From Ophelia neglecta (lineage: Eukaryota), in NCBI GenBank assembly GCA_965285935.1, contig OZ260664.1:106888001-106952000 (forward strand): a stretch of DNA of 64,000 bases. The letters run 5' to 3'. Positions 12,101 through 25,800 of the stretch are shown here, piece by piece (position 1 is the first letter of the stretch; the number at the start of each line of letters is the position of its first letter). The notes under the pieces are model-generated. The model ran no database searches, had not been told where the DNA came from, and was given only the letters and a program-made list of their open reading frames with translations. The position numbers were made by a program, and so were the translations under genes.

Positions 12101-13904
12101 CATGAAGGCATATCTCTAAAAAAATTTCCGTGCTTAGTGTCAGAGAGAAGACTATGCCCGGCAGACAAAGCCCAATCAATACTCAGGAATAGTCCCCTTA
12201 ATCAGTCTGATATCACGAGAAACTACGAGAAGACCCGACTACGTCTGTGGTAGTGTTTCACATCTCACCGTCTCCATCAGCCCTCAGTATGCTCCCCGGA
12301 GCTGTTTGATTCCGCGGAAATACATAAAAATAACCAAAATTGTATTTTGAGGACGCAGTGCATTGCTAATCTGGAGCACACAGGTTTATTGTTTCGGTTA
12401 AACTAACAGAACTCGGCAGAAAACATCTTCCATTTAAAGGTTTTTATTCCCTTGTCTTTTGCAGTGCAGCTCGTGCCCTGGCTCTATATCGTTTGGCCTT
12501 TTTTCTTCTGTAGAGCGTTCCTGTAGTCCTTGAACCGGCATGAAACATGGATCATGTCCGTTAGATTTCCCGTCGATTCTGGCTATTTCTTTCGGATTTC
12601 CTGTCGTATTCCGTCAATTTCCCTGTCTAGTTGTGAACATTCAGACTAGATAAATGTGCTGTAACATGTTTAACTCGGGATTCCGCCTAGATTTCCTTAT
12701 TTGTACGAGTCACTGGCAAACGTATAGTTACAGTGTTCCGAGTTATGATTTAAATTCTATATTTGTCTGCAGCCTCTATGTGACAAATGTCATGATTATT
12801 TTGCTCCATACTTTGATTAATTGGAATTCACGCGGATTTTGTATTTGTAAAATTCTACTTTACGTAAACTCCAGGCACATGCATTAAAGTGGCTTGGATA
12901 TTGAGGAGTCATATTCCAAGGTATGCACCATCCCTCATTAACAGGGCAGTGTTGACTTAATAAATGAAGGTGTTGGCTGCTCACAGGGCACACTAAGAAG
13001 CAGGGACTCAGAAAATACTTCAGAAAGGCACAGAAAGTTGATGTTCGCTGATAATCAAAAGGCAACAATTTTTTTACCAAATAATACAAAGACAAAATAA
13101 GCTTTGTTTATTGTGTTTTTGTCCAGTGCTGTCTGCTTTCCTTGTGTTCCTTCCCACCTCAAAGTTGTTTTGCTTTTTCGGATGCCTGGGCATCGTTTTT
13201 TATTTATATATCTATGTCCGATTCTAATAGCCAACTGGTGTGCCTGGGAAAAGCTGAGCCGATTACAATATGTTAATCCCAGGTCCTGAAAGTGGGACAG
13301 GACTATCCCCAGAAATGACCTCCCCGGGTCTGCGGTATTCACCGGCTAGTATTGAGCAGTAATTAGACGAAACTATAAAACTCCCAGAGGAGCATGGGGC
13401 TGAGCTTCAACACTAATACCGCTTCCTGCGAGACGACACAAGGACACACAGACAAAGCGGGGCTGTCAGGTTACTTCCCCGGACCGCTGCTTCTGATATT
13501 GATACCCGCCACTGGTTAACGACAGGGATACAAATAGATTAATTGGGGGATCGGTGGCCACTCCTGGGAGAGAGCTCTGTTACCTCTGGCAGAGGGACCA
13601 GACATTACACTGTACTCACACTGTAAGTGTAGAAGGCTCTGAAACAACAGCCAGGCGCATTGTTTAATGAGACAGCCTAACATGCTTAGTCATTAATACC
13701 CACATCTTAATTTAATGTCCCGCAATCCGTAAAGGGTTACCCACACTCTCTAAATTGCGCCTCCTTTACGGCATGATGCTATCGAGAAATCTCCTTTCCC
13801 AATTTGTCAAACATCGTACTTATGACCTATGGCGTCACCCGAATAGTTTGTAGATACCAATTTCTAGGTGGAGAGTACCTTGCTATGTTGACTAGGTTTG
13901 AGTC

Positions 13905-14605
13905 TGGAGAGATGCCTGTAGCGCCAGAGGTAGGAGATATACCTGTAGCGGCAGAACTAGGAAGGATATTTGTACCGCTAGAAGTAGGAGGGATACCTGT
14001 AGCGCCAGAGGTAGGAGAGATACCTGTAGCGCTACAAGTAGAAGGGATACCTTTAGCGCTAGAAGTAGGGAGGGATACATGTAGCGCCATTAGTAGGAAG
14101 GATACCTGTAGCGCTAGAAGTAGGGGGGATACCTGTAGCTATAGAAATAGGAGGGATACCTGTAGCTATAGAAATAGGAGGGATAACTGTAGCGATAGAA
14201 ATAGGAGGGATACCTGTAGCGCCAGCAGTGGGAGGGATACCGGTAGCGCCATTAGTAGGAGGGATACCTGTAGCGCTTGAATTAGAAGGGATACATGTAG
14301 CGCCAGAAGTGGAAGGGATACCAGTAGGAGGGATACCTGTAGCGCCAGAAGTGGGAGGGATACCTGTAGCGCCATTAGTAGGAGGGATACCTGTAGCGCC
14401 AGAAGTGGGAGGGATACCTGTAGCGCCATTAGTAGGAGGGATACCTGTAGCGCTTGAAGTAGAAGGGATACCTGTAGCGCCAGAGGTAGTGTAGCGCCAG
14501 AAGTGGATGGGATACCTGTAGCATCAGAAGTAGAAGGGAAAACCTGTAGCGATAGAAGTGGGAGGGATAATTTTAGTGCCAGAAGAACGAAGGATACCTA
14601 TGGCC
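13905..14605. repeat. 27-bp minisatellite (GGGATACCTGTAGCGCCAGAAGTAGGA), ~25 units
   Basis: Direct reading; source of the spurious GIPVAPEVG ORFs. Confidence 0.96.
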
Positions 14606-16329
14606 AGAAGAAGGAGGAATGCGACCATGCACAGGTTTTTCTTAAACATGACCAGATAATACTATTATGATAATGTAGTTATAGTGTCAACTGCGACATT
14701 CAATATTAAACTGTGTTAAGTGCAGAGGCATGAGTGTCTATATATACATACTCATGCAACTCCTGTCATGTGCAGAAATATCGATTTCTTTGGCTTTTTC
14801 TGTGAAGTGTGGGATTGTGGCCACTATCCCAAAAAGCCAAAGGGTGCTTTAAACTGTTTGGTGCTTATTTTTGATTCTGCAGTAATTTTATCTACTATTT
14901 TCTGATAATATTGTCCCTTATCCTACGGAATTTCAGCTAATCGATACTCCGATATAGTCAACCAGCAGTTGAGGGGAGTTTTCCAGCGCTGCATACAAAT
15001 ACTCAATATAGGTGAACAGAAAATGTGGTGCACGATTCACATCTGTGTATAATCATTATATCTGAGTTGTACGCTGCGTGAGCTATTTTTCAATTTTTTT
15101 ATTAAAGGTAATTGAGGTCTCGAACTGAAACATTATATAAAATATACTGTTTAATAAGAAAAAAACCTCCAAAAATGGGACCATACTATTTTTTTTTCTT
15201 CCATTGAGTTCACATACTTCTGTCAGTGCCAAATAAGTAAACTAATGTCAGAGAAGGGGTGTTTGTGAACTTTAACCCGTACTTAATAGGAATAATGAGT
15301 ATTATCCAACGATAATGAGTAACAGTATAAACTGATTTGTTTTTTTTAATCCTCCAGATTGAGCCGCCCCTATTCCTTCAAATCCTGCAAACGTCCCTAC
15401 TATTTTTGCATATTATACATATTCAATCGTAATGCGAGCTCATTTTTAATGACCGCGATAAAAACAAATTAAATATGCCGCTCTGCTGTTTCCGTAAACA
15501 TGTCAAACGATTATATTTCAATCTGGTAGTGTTTGATGGTCATTAGTAGCCCAGTCTGTATAAGTCCTGACTGCTACACTACAGTGTTATGGGTAAGTGT
15601 CAGAGTTATTTGTAACCCTAACCCGTACATAGTTTGGATTATTGTTAGGGTAAATGACAGGGTTAGGTTTAACTGTAAACCTAACCCGTAGATAGTATGA
15701 TAGCCCAGTTTCTATGTCCGTATAAACCAGTGACGTCAAGACACCACGCCAACTCGAACAAGCTCAGTTTTTTACTGAGCTTTGAGATTGGTGATAATAA
15801 CAGCCCTTGCCAATCCACCTGCTCCGGATGTATTCAGTCAAATTTGAAAGTCAAATAGAGGAAAACTGTCAAAACCTCATAAAGCGCCATGGTCTGTATG
15901 CGGTAAGCCTTGAAACCCAGAAGGAGCCCTTATTAGATGACAGAACCCTTCAACGTTTATCAATTGCAACTCAATTGACACAAAGCGACCGGACGTCAGT
16001 AGCCATAGGGCGTCCTTTGATTGGCATCTCTCATAAAAGATACTGTTAATAACATTGTTTTGTCCTGCCATATCGTATAATGTTAATCAACTAATTAATG
16101 CCTGCAGCATTAAACAACCCAGTGTAACTTGTTCGCGCTGGGCAACTAGCCGTGTATAGGAAGCCGTTTCCGGTCTTCTGGATCCATGTCAAGGACACTC
16201 AACAAGGCTTTGTGTTATTTGAGACTCGACCCGTTCAGTGGCTAATAGCCGGCCTGTTTATGAGAGTTATGGTCTTGATAAGGCTCTATGCAGGTGGCAC
16301 AAAGCGCGCCTTAAAGCAAATTACCCAGG

Positions 16330-17070
16330 ACTTGAGTGCAAGCGACGACTGCTCATATTTCATCATTTTCCTACCTTGACTGCTAACTCATTTGTCTTAT
16401 GTTCTGACTCGCATCTTTCCAAACTCTAGACTGCTTCTCCTTGCAAGTGATATCAAGTTTGTGTTTTCATTTTTGACTATTTGTACTTTAATGTATTTAC
16501 TGTTTGGCAGCCGGGGATCGATTTTATGTGGAGTGTGGGGCTGTGGCTGCTGATTCCTGAGCTGGAGATTGGTTTATTGCTGTATGAAGGCTGTGGCTGC
16601 TGATTCCTGAGCTGGGGATTGTTTTTATTAGGAGTGTGGGCCTGTGGCTGCTGGTTCCTGAGCTGGGGATTGTTTTTATGTGGAGTGTGGGCCTGTGGCT
16701 GCTGGTTCCTGAGCTGGGGATTGATTTTATGTGCAGTGTGGGCCTGTGGCTGCTGGTTCCTGAGCTGGGGATTGTTTTTATGTGGAGTGTGGGCCTGTGG
16801 CTGCTGGTTCCTGAGCTGGGGATTGATTTTATGTGCAGTGTGGGCCTGTGGCTGCTGGTTCCTGAGCTGGGGATTGTTTTTATGTGGAGTGTGGGCCTGT
16901 GGCTGCTGGTTCCTGAGCTGGGGATTGATTTTATGAGTAGTGTGGGCCTGTGGCTGCTGGTTCCTGATGACGTCACACTGATTTAATGGACTATTCTTGC
17001 TAATGATTTGGCTTTATCTGCCGGGTATCCACTCCCGTTTTGTCAGCCGGGTATCCAGTCCCGTTTTTAC
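16330..17070 (+). mobile_element. Copy of an old interspersed repeat (core TTGCAAGTGATATCA) containing an internally amplified 51-bp array
   Basis: Homologous segments at ~28020-28200 (-), ~28210-28400 (-), ~30860-31075 (+) and ~37340-37530 (+). Confidence 0.7.
16520..16966. repeat. 51-bp minisatellite, ~9 units, alternating variants forming a 102-bp dimer
   Basis: attgtttttatgtggag and attgattttatgtgcag units alternate. Confidence 0.96.
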
Positions 17071-20000
17071 ATTGGAGTATAGTAGGGGCTGGGGGCTTGG
17101 GCGTCTGCTTGGACAAGGTCATATTGGTGGATCCGCCTCCGAGGTGAGTTTGGCTGAGCTCTGATGTACTGGGGTCTATGGTAAATACTGATTGGACAAA
17201 GCCATTATGTAGTTATATCGCTGCAGGCGGCTTGTCACATTCAGCTCGACTGCAGTCACCTCATATACACATTATCACAAAATTCAATCCGCTTATACGT
17301 GGCCCGATTGTACCGGCAAATGGGAGCTATTGGCTATTCATATATTCGTAGGCACGCATACTTTGTCGAAGCGACATATGATACGAAGACCTCTCTGTGT
17401 GCAGACTCCTGTTTGGCCGGTAGAGTTCCAGTTACCAAGTAAGTCGCAGGTGTGCATATCAAACCTAATCAACAAAATACACATTGTTTTGGCATATTCT
17501 CTCGTGGGAAGTAGCCGCTGGCTGGAATAGAAGGAAGTCTAACCAAATGACGTAATGTCGCTAGTCTCGATAATTTTGTGGGCACTCCTGGCATTTGAAC
17601 CACTTTTGTTTTTTTTTCTCTGTTGATTACAGTTTAACTCACTATACTTGTATCAAACTATCGTTCCCGATCTGCTGGTTTATTTCACCTCTCCTCTGCG
17701 TGGTCTCGGTAGAATTAAAACTACAGATTGATAGGTCCGATCTCCTTCACGCTCGCTTAGATGTGATGTGAATACAAAGCCTGTTAATGAATTAGTGATT
17801 AACTGATGATTAATCAAGCCGATCATTCATCCAGCTCAAACATTATCAATGGATCCCAGTAACTCGAGAGACATATTTTATGATATGCCTTAGGGAGTTT
17901 GACATAGAAAGAAGCTCATAACTGTGATACCAGTAATCGGTCCTTTGGGGGGCCTCCATGCGGTAGCTAGGGGTAGGCTGGTTTTAATGATCTTAATGAT
18001 TTAATGATCAGGTAACTGTATGGTTATCTAAATGGGAAGCCAATACAAACCACAATGCGGCCTGCTTCACTAATGGTCAACAGAATCGTTGGTAACCTAA
18101 GCAGCAGGCTGGATAGTTTGGTACAAACAACAATTGAACAATTTTAATATTAAAATAGTGATTTTTATCAGAGATTTGTCTATGATAGACGACACATATG
18201 GGTTTCCCTCTCTTTGTTTTCTATTGTACCGAATGAATGTTGAATAGCTGTGAAAGCAAAGCTGGCTGGTCTGGCACTAGCCAGGCCGGCTGGGAGTGTA
18301 TGTTTAACGATCCTTGACCGGCCTATATAATAGGCGTGTATACCTATGTTCACTGCATTTTCCCTCTCTCGCTAGTACAGTCAACATGACTTCGATTATG
18401 GACATGATTAGTGAAGACAATAGGAGCCTGAATATTTGAATGTTCTCCTCCCACTATGAAGACATACCTATAGACACTTGTAGAACCCCGTCGACATGCC
18501 TGTATCCGCCTCTGCTACGGGCCACTGTGCTCTCTATAGTAAAGCACAATCACATGTAATTCTAGGTCTGTTCTATTGTGAATTGGATTTACATGAATTG
18601 CAACGAATGAGGATGGGAGCAAACGATTGCTAAGAGAGCCGGGTCCCTAGAGCACTGCTACAATGTGTCTAGTTTACGTAGAGCAGGCACCAATGGCGTG
18701 CCTCGCACTACACGGAAAAACCACAGTCAGATAGTCTGCGAGCAGCACTGCGCCGTAATAAATAAGGATTTGACGACTCGCAGGGATTTGGCGTTTGCAT
18801 TAACATTTATTGCTGGGAGCCGATAACAACCACTGTAAATGTGAGATTCGTTCTCCCTACTATCATTCTGGTGTATACGCCCGATTGGGTCGGCTTTGTA
18901 GGGGGCCTTTAATTGGTAGGTATAAATATAGCTGTATAAGCAAAATTTGTCTTCTAGGAGCTGTTACTTTCATTACATGAACGATGAATTATCTAACTTA
19001 TCGATGCACCTGGATATGGTGGGTTACATTTAAGTACACAATCCACGCCATGTGCCCTAATGCCCAAAAATAACATTAATTAATATTCAATAATTCGCCT
19101 TGATCTGGCAACGGGTTCTAGATGCAATATTTTTTATCTATCCTGAAGTGTAACATGTGTTTACTACCCAGCCTGTTCATGGGGATAAAATGGGGATGGC
19201 GGGAGGCATAATAGTCGCTAATTGCTCTCCTTCTCTCTTGTTTTAATCGGGCAGATAATACATTGCCTGCTTTCCATCACCCACATTCAGATCAACTGGG
19301 CCACTCTCGTCTACCCCTGGGAACGCTCTCCAATCTCGCAGACAATCATTTCCAGATGAACGTATAATTACCCACGCAGTGCATTCTGGGCCGGAATCGC
19401 CTAGGGGACTATAGTTTATGGCATGACCCTATAGATTCACATCAGTGCGCAGAAGGGGAAATTATAGTTACAATACTGTATGCGCAGTTCTTTTGGATGA
19501 AAAGTGAGGAAGAGGAAAGACAGGTATTTCAAAACTCCCCCGTTTGAATATTTTCCGCAAATTCCCGTGAAGAAGCAAATGTATTTCATGACCTGTATGT
19601 AGTACACCTCGTAGATAGTCAGGGATGTGTAAAATAGTTATAATTGATGGTTATTATGAAAACCAAAATATATCATATTAATTAAGCAATATTGGGAGTG
19701 TTATTAAAGGCTGAACGTAGGTTAAGGAAGGTAGTGGTAACTGTTGGAAAATGGGTGTACATGGGGAATATGTCTCGAGTTGTTGGTGTGTATATGGAAG
19801 TGTTAAGCAAGATGAGATGAAAGTAGATTCGTGCATATAATGTGCTGCTATTTGACAATGAAAGAGAATAGGGGAAGGTATAAGAGTTTATAGATTTAAC
19901 AAAGCAGTAAATTGAATAATATTTAAGTTTCTGTAGTCAATCTAGATAAAATCAAATAGATTATGTGACATTTCAAATGTTTTGTCAGACATGTGTTGTG

Positions 20001-20274
20001 GATCAAAGAAATCAACTTCTTTAAACAAAGTGTTTGGCATAGTTCTATATTGGTATCATGGCTAAAAACTGAAGGCCGGGCATGGTCCTCTTTTTAATGG
20101 TTAATGGTTGATTGTCACAATTACAAGTTATTTGTACATGGCAAAGACATTTTGACTTGATACGCTACGGATTGAGCATATAAGATATGATTATAATGGT
20201 ACATGGTAATTACAGTTTGATTACTTATGAAATCAGACTTATTTGCTTCTTTGTAAGAATAAAATACAAATGTG

Positions 20275-20745
20275 ATTTACATCATAAATGGCGGTTTATT
20301 AATATTTATCCATATGACATCTACCATTGACGGCTGCTTACAAAGCTCTATCACATTTGCTTTATCATTGATAACTGATTACAAAACTCTATCCATGTAA
20401 ATTCTACCATTGATCCCTGATTACAAAGCTCTATCCATTTGGTTTTTATCATAAATGGATGTTTACAAAGCTCTATCCATGTATCTTTTACAATTGATGG
20501 CTGTTTACAAAGCTCTGTCCATGAGACATCTACCATTGATGTCTGTTTACAATGCTCTATCCATGTGGTTTTTATCATTGACGGCTGTTTACAATGCTCT
20601 ATCCATGTATCTTTTACAATTGATGGCTGTTTACATAGCTACATTCATGTGACATCTACCATTGCTGGTTGATGTTTACAAAGCACTACCCACGTGACTT
20701 TTATCATTGACGGCTGTTTACAAAGGTCTACCCATTTGATTTATA
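20275..20745. repeat. Diverged 42-bp minisatellite (ccatgtgacatctaccattgacggctgtttacaaagctctat), ~11 units
   Basis: Direct reading. Confidence 0.92.
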
Positions 20746-21469
20746 ACAATGATGGCCCTTTTCAGACTCCGTCGGGTCGCTAGGAGTATTGCCCATCATT
20801 CTGGCCATTCTTCTAAAATCGTCCGCTAAGACCGGAATCGACATGATCGCATAATAATATTTCTGGTGTCCAGTGGCGCGGAAAGTTAGGACCGGTTGGC
20901 TACCTCTTGGAGCAGTAAAGGCTTTATTTCGCATCCGGTGGACAATATGGGTTGTAACTGGAAAGCTGTCTCCTTAAACAGAATAATTACAATATGGAGA
21001 CCAGCAGATGTGTTATGGGCATCTGGGTGCAATTTCATCGTAACTAAGAAACGGTCTTCATAAATGTGAGTCATTGTTAATAAAGAACAAATTTATCATC
21101 TTGAAACGATTGAATTAGGACCATGAAGTTTTGATTGGAAGCATGTCTACTAAATACTTTATGTTTGCCAAGACACGAAATCAAAGCACTCATTTCGATC
21201 TACCAATGAGTATTTACATTTGCTTACGGTACGCGCACGAGATGCTAAAAGAAAAAACCTGACAAAATTCATAAACAAATAAGAATAACTCCTTTTGGTA
21301 ACACACATACTTAGTAACACTAGGTATGTGTAACTAGTGCCGTGTTGCTGTACTGACGACGGCAATATTATATGTAAAAGCAATGTGCTGTGGTAATGAC
21401 GAACATAGGGGTCTTTATAAAGAATATGTCGAAGGAAAAGTTTCTGATCTTTATGACAATCACCACGTG

Positions 21470-21885
21470 TTAGAACTACTAAATTAAATTTTTAGTGTAG
21501 AGGAAATCGTGAGTGCAATCGATTATTTAAAAGCAGATAAAGGAGTAACGGAACTATATCCCCTGAGCTAATTAAACTTACTTATAGGAATACCTCATAT
21601 GAAATATTTATTTCATTATATAATCGTAATGGAGTCATTCCCTGATCGCCTTGGAGAAGGCTTACGAATACCTGTCCCGAAGCCAGGTAATAGAAATAAT
21701 GTCCTAAACAACCGATCTATCACTATCGTACCTGTGATCGAAAAGATTTTTGGAGTTTTGCTTAGTATTAGATTCAGATTCGTGAACGAGGCCTATAGCA
21801 GAGTCGAATTTAACAACGGATGGTTCTTGAAAAACTCCCAAACCCAAGAAAATATGTATATATTGGCTGCGCCTCTGACTTAGAC
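21470..21885 (+). mobile_element. Decayed non-LTR retrotransposon RT N-terminal fragment
   Basis: EEIVSAIDYLKADKG...FPDRLGEGLRIPVPKPG...RSITIVPVIEKIF...GWFLKNSQTQENMYIL resembles LINE ORF2 motifs (IPK..., YR.I.L, GF...T.D); interrupted by stops and frameshifts. Confidence 0.75.
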
Positions 21886-22656
21886 TTATGAGATTAACCG
21901 ATAAAAAAATTGCCAAAAAAGTGTATAATTGCTTGTATGAACTGCATAGCAACAACACACACAGTGGAACGTTTGGTTGATTATAAACAAATACTTAAAA
22001 ATAGAGCACCAGAATATTTTAAGTTTTTTCTTTCTAATACCATGTTATGTATGACGCCGGATATTTTAGTCCCTCACTTCATACGCTATTTCCACTTGTT
22101 TCTATTCAGACATCCAGGAGACTATCATTGAGCAGCGGCCACGATGTAGAGCCACTCAGAACGCGTTAACGTACCTGCAGCCTACCCTATGACGTAGTTC
22201 TAGCCTTCAATTTGAAATAGTTCTAGCCTACCTATGACGCAGTTACAGCCGACTGCTAAGTAGGTGAAGCCTTCATATAAACTAACGCTGAGGAGTTCCT
22301 ATGTAGTGATCCGAAGTGATGGCCCTGGATCCCCCCTGATACCATACCATGCGGAAACCCCTATCCCCGGGGATCGAACCCCAGCCCCCCGGGATAACCA
22401 CCCGATCACACAGAGCCTTCATCGCTTTCTTTCCCGGATGCTTCTGGGCGATACTTTCAATTCTTAACGCTATGACTATTGGTGAGTATAAAGAAACATT
22501 CAGTATATATCCCAAAACCTTTCTAATTCAAATATTGTTGCGCTTGAGTCTTTCAAAATGATATGCTTTAAAAAATGGACATGGGGTGCACCATGCCAGA
22601 AAGTCATTTAAAAGTTATTATGTCCTCTTATTTCTTACCATCTCTATGATTTCCAG

Positions 22657-22820
22657 GTTCCCGTGCTGAGTGCGCCTTCCCTGAATACCTACAGCCATCT
22701 GCAGAGGGCGCCACTCTCTGGCAGGGCCCCACAGCGGCCCCTCTCGCAGACCAGGAGAGACACTGGGTGACTCAGACTAAGTATCTCCACTCCTCGCGCG
22801 GCTGGGAGTCCCAACTGGAG
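22657..22820 (+). CDS. Exon A1 (phase 1-0): SRAECAFPEYLQ...GWESQLE
   Basis: atttccag| acceptor, GAG|gtaagt donor, 164 nt open. Confidence 0.9.
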
Positions 22821-25800
22821 GTAAGTGGCCATTTCACCCTAAAACTCTTCCTTTATTAAATAAGAAACAGTCTCTTCAGGTTACCTTGGGGTTCTCGGCA
22901 ATTGGTCTTAGAGGTTTGTGGGCGCCAAGTTACCCAAACATAAAGATGAACATCGTAAGAGCATCTTATTGTTACACTTCGAATGTAGCTAGATCAGTCC
23001 CATCAATAATGATGATGCAGGTGACACTCATCGATTATCTCATCTTATTATTGGTCGTGGAATGCATTGCTAATATACTGATGTGCCGTGTCTAAACATT
23101 AAAAAATGTCTATCCAACTCAAAACAGAGAACGGCAAAATACCACTTTTAAGTTCTTTAAGTCTCTATATCAGTTATAGGGATGTTTGGTTTTTTTCGAT
23201 GCCAACTTTAACGTTTTCCGTCTCATTTCAATCCAATGGATCGTTTAAACCTAGTAAACACTGCATATAGATTATAAATTCATTAGTTTTAATCTCTCTG
23301 GTGTGTATTTCTATTAAATAACATTCGTATTGAATAGTACTTATTTTCATTGTATATTGCATTACAAAGCCATTCTTTTTTATGTATTAGTATAGCTCTT
23401 ATGAGAGATGCGATGTATAAAGACATTAACGAAGTTTTTTAATGATTTATACGATGTATTAGATAACAGTCCGGAGAGACCAGGTCGTCGCTAAGATCAA
23501 GTTCGAGGCCCAATGTCTAGAGTCAGGCGGAGGTAATGTGCCTTGTTATCATAGAGAGGTAGTATACAGAAAGACCTGCATCAAACAGGATGGCGTGGAC
23601 AAGTACATTGTCAAAAGTCTGGACCACGGGTGAGTGTATGGCTCAGAGAATTCAAAAACCACATTAAACCCTCTAAGCTAGATATATGGAAACAGAAATT
23701 CAACACCAATTTTGCTTCATATAGTCTACATACAGTGAAACCTGTGTTTGTTGTCACCTGTGTAATAAGGTCACCAGCCCACTAAGGTCACTAAATGATA
23801 TCCCAATCCCATTAAAGCCCGTGTTAACTGACCTGCTATTAAGGCCATGTGGACAGTTTTTCCAATCCCTTGACTGACCTGATTAGACAGGTTTCACTGT
23901 ATATTCGTGACATCAATGTATTATTAAAGCATTCATGATGTATTAATGCAAAAACGTTATGACACATGAAGGAAGATATTATTATGAATTCGATATATGT
24001 CAAACGACCTCTGATCGAACGACAATACCCATACTTAATTCGTTCTTTTCGATACAGTTTGACCCAAAAAAACATGCAAAAACCCAGCTTGCCAATGTCC
24101 ATTAACTGGGAGAATGCCGCCTACTATATTATATCTCATTGTTATGTTATAGAGAGACTGAATACCATTGTATGAAATTTGTGAAGAGAAATAAAAATTT
24201 GATTCAGATATGGACAGGTTAGTCCCACTCGTACTCGAATTAAGCCCATATAATAGACATTATTTTATTCAATTTTTAGATGGATTACAGGCCATGCATG
24301 GTCATTTCCTCCGCTAACATTATATTTGGTTGTCAACTTGATGTATTGTTCTTGTCAGTTATTCCATTGTTATCATGTTTCCAGGACGTAGTGTTCATGA
24401 CATTGACCAAGGAGAGCACCTGTGTTTGGACAGCGCACTTCAGCGGGAGGAGTGGCCATGGATAGGTACGCGCAAAATAAACTCTTTATTACATCAGCTC
24501 ACTTAACGAAACCTTGCCCCTGCCTTTGACCATGGCTCTAACTTTGACTCCCAATGCTACGGTCTCAGGGGAGTAATTTTCTTTGTCCGTTGCTCTGGGC
24601 CTTACACAAAATGCCCGGAAAATAAAGATGGCCATCGATAAGTATCGGTTATTATATGACAATGCCATGATATCCTTCAAAAGGGTTTTCACACCGTAGT
24701 GGATTTTACTTTTGTCTTATTAGCCCCTGTCCAGGAGGAATGGCACCTCTGTCCGATCATTGGAGGATTCGACTTCTGGGCCCATATTTCCCAACCCAAA
24801 GAGGTATATCGTTATCCTGATTGATGTATCCGACTTATAATTTTGAGTTAGTGGGCTGGTAATTCCAGATGCTAACGGGCCGATTTTATGAATCTTTATA
24901 TTATTGATTTTGCGTGTCTGCCTGGTATCCATTCACGATCTTTCGCTGTTCAATCGGTGATTGTGTAAATTTCTTATTGATCTTTTGATTAAACATCAGT
25001 ACAAAGTATTATACTACCATGTCATGATTGATATCATGCAGACAGTCTTTACCTTTGTGACGTATTGTGACAAGTCCCATTTACGAAATAAGGAATGATA
25101 ATCAAGTTTTGTCTTGTCACAGCGCGTGTGTCCGGAGCAGTGGCGCCCATCTCGGTTTGAGACCGAGTGTATTATGGGAGAGGGAATGGAATTTGAGTTC
25201 CCGGACACATCATGTAGTCCGCTCCAGAATCAGAGTCTAGGTCAGTACCAACTACTGAAATTTATTATACCCAAGCCATTTGCCTGCTTATGGTCGTATT
25301 TAAAGTAAAGCTCGAAAGAAATCACATGTATTAAAATGGGTATACGCTGCAGCAGAAAGTGCTTTTAAAACAGACAATTTACCACATGACCAATTCACTG
25401 TATTGATTATATACTAACGAGTAACATTGCAAGTCTGTGCCTATGTGGGAACTGTTTTAATATTCTCGTTCACTTCAGATTTACGCGTGCAGTGTTGGGC
25501 AAGTTGGGAGGAGGAGGGTTTTCTTTTCATAGTGGCAGGCGAGGGGAAATTGATGCCACAATTTGTTCTGGTCAGTTAGTTTCTTACTTCAAAATACCAC
25601 AAATAATAGCAAATGTTCCAAAACCTCAGGAGATTTATGACTTGACACTATAATAACATACTAAAGACGGAATTGCCCTGATGAATCAGATTAATTTATG
25701 ACATTACTGGCATTTCATGTCAGTTTATTATTCCATTGGAACATTTGGTTCATGGTCATCGGGTCACAGGGTTGAGTCTCACTGTTAGTTTTTTTCATGC

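Noticed and set aside
15580-15700. Telomere-like TAACCC/GGGTTA words
   Set aside because: Only isolated 1-2 unit matches inside a short diverged duplication.
11712-16986. Repetitive ORFs of 60-158 aa (e.g. 11712-12179, 13804-14280, 16524-16976)
   Set aside because: They arise from 27-bp and 51-bp minisatellites whose units are multiples of 3 and are open on both strands; there is no splice or domain support.
19250-19530. Possible exon ending GAAAGACAG|gtattt
   Set aside because: Its open frame ends in phase 0, which is incompatible with exon 22657, and it encodes no signal peptide.
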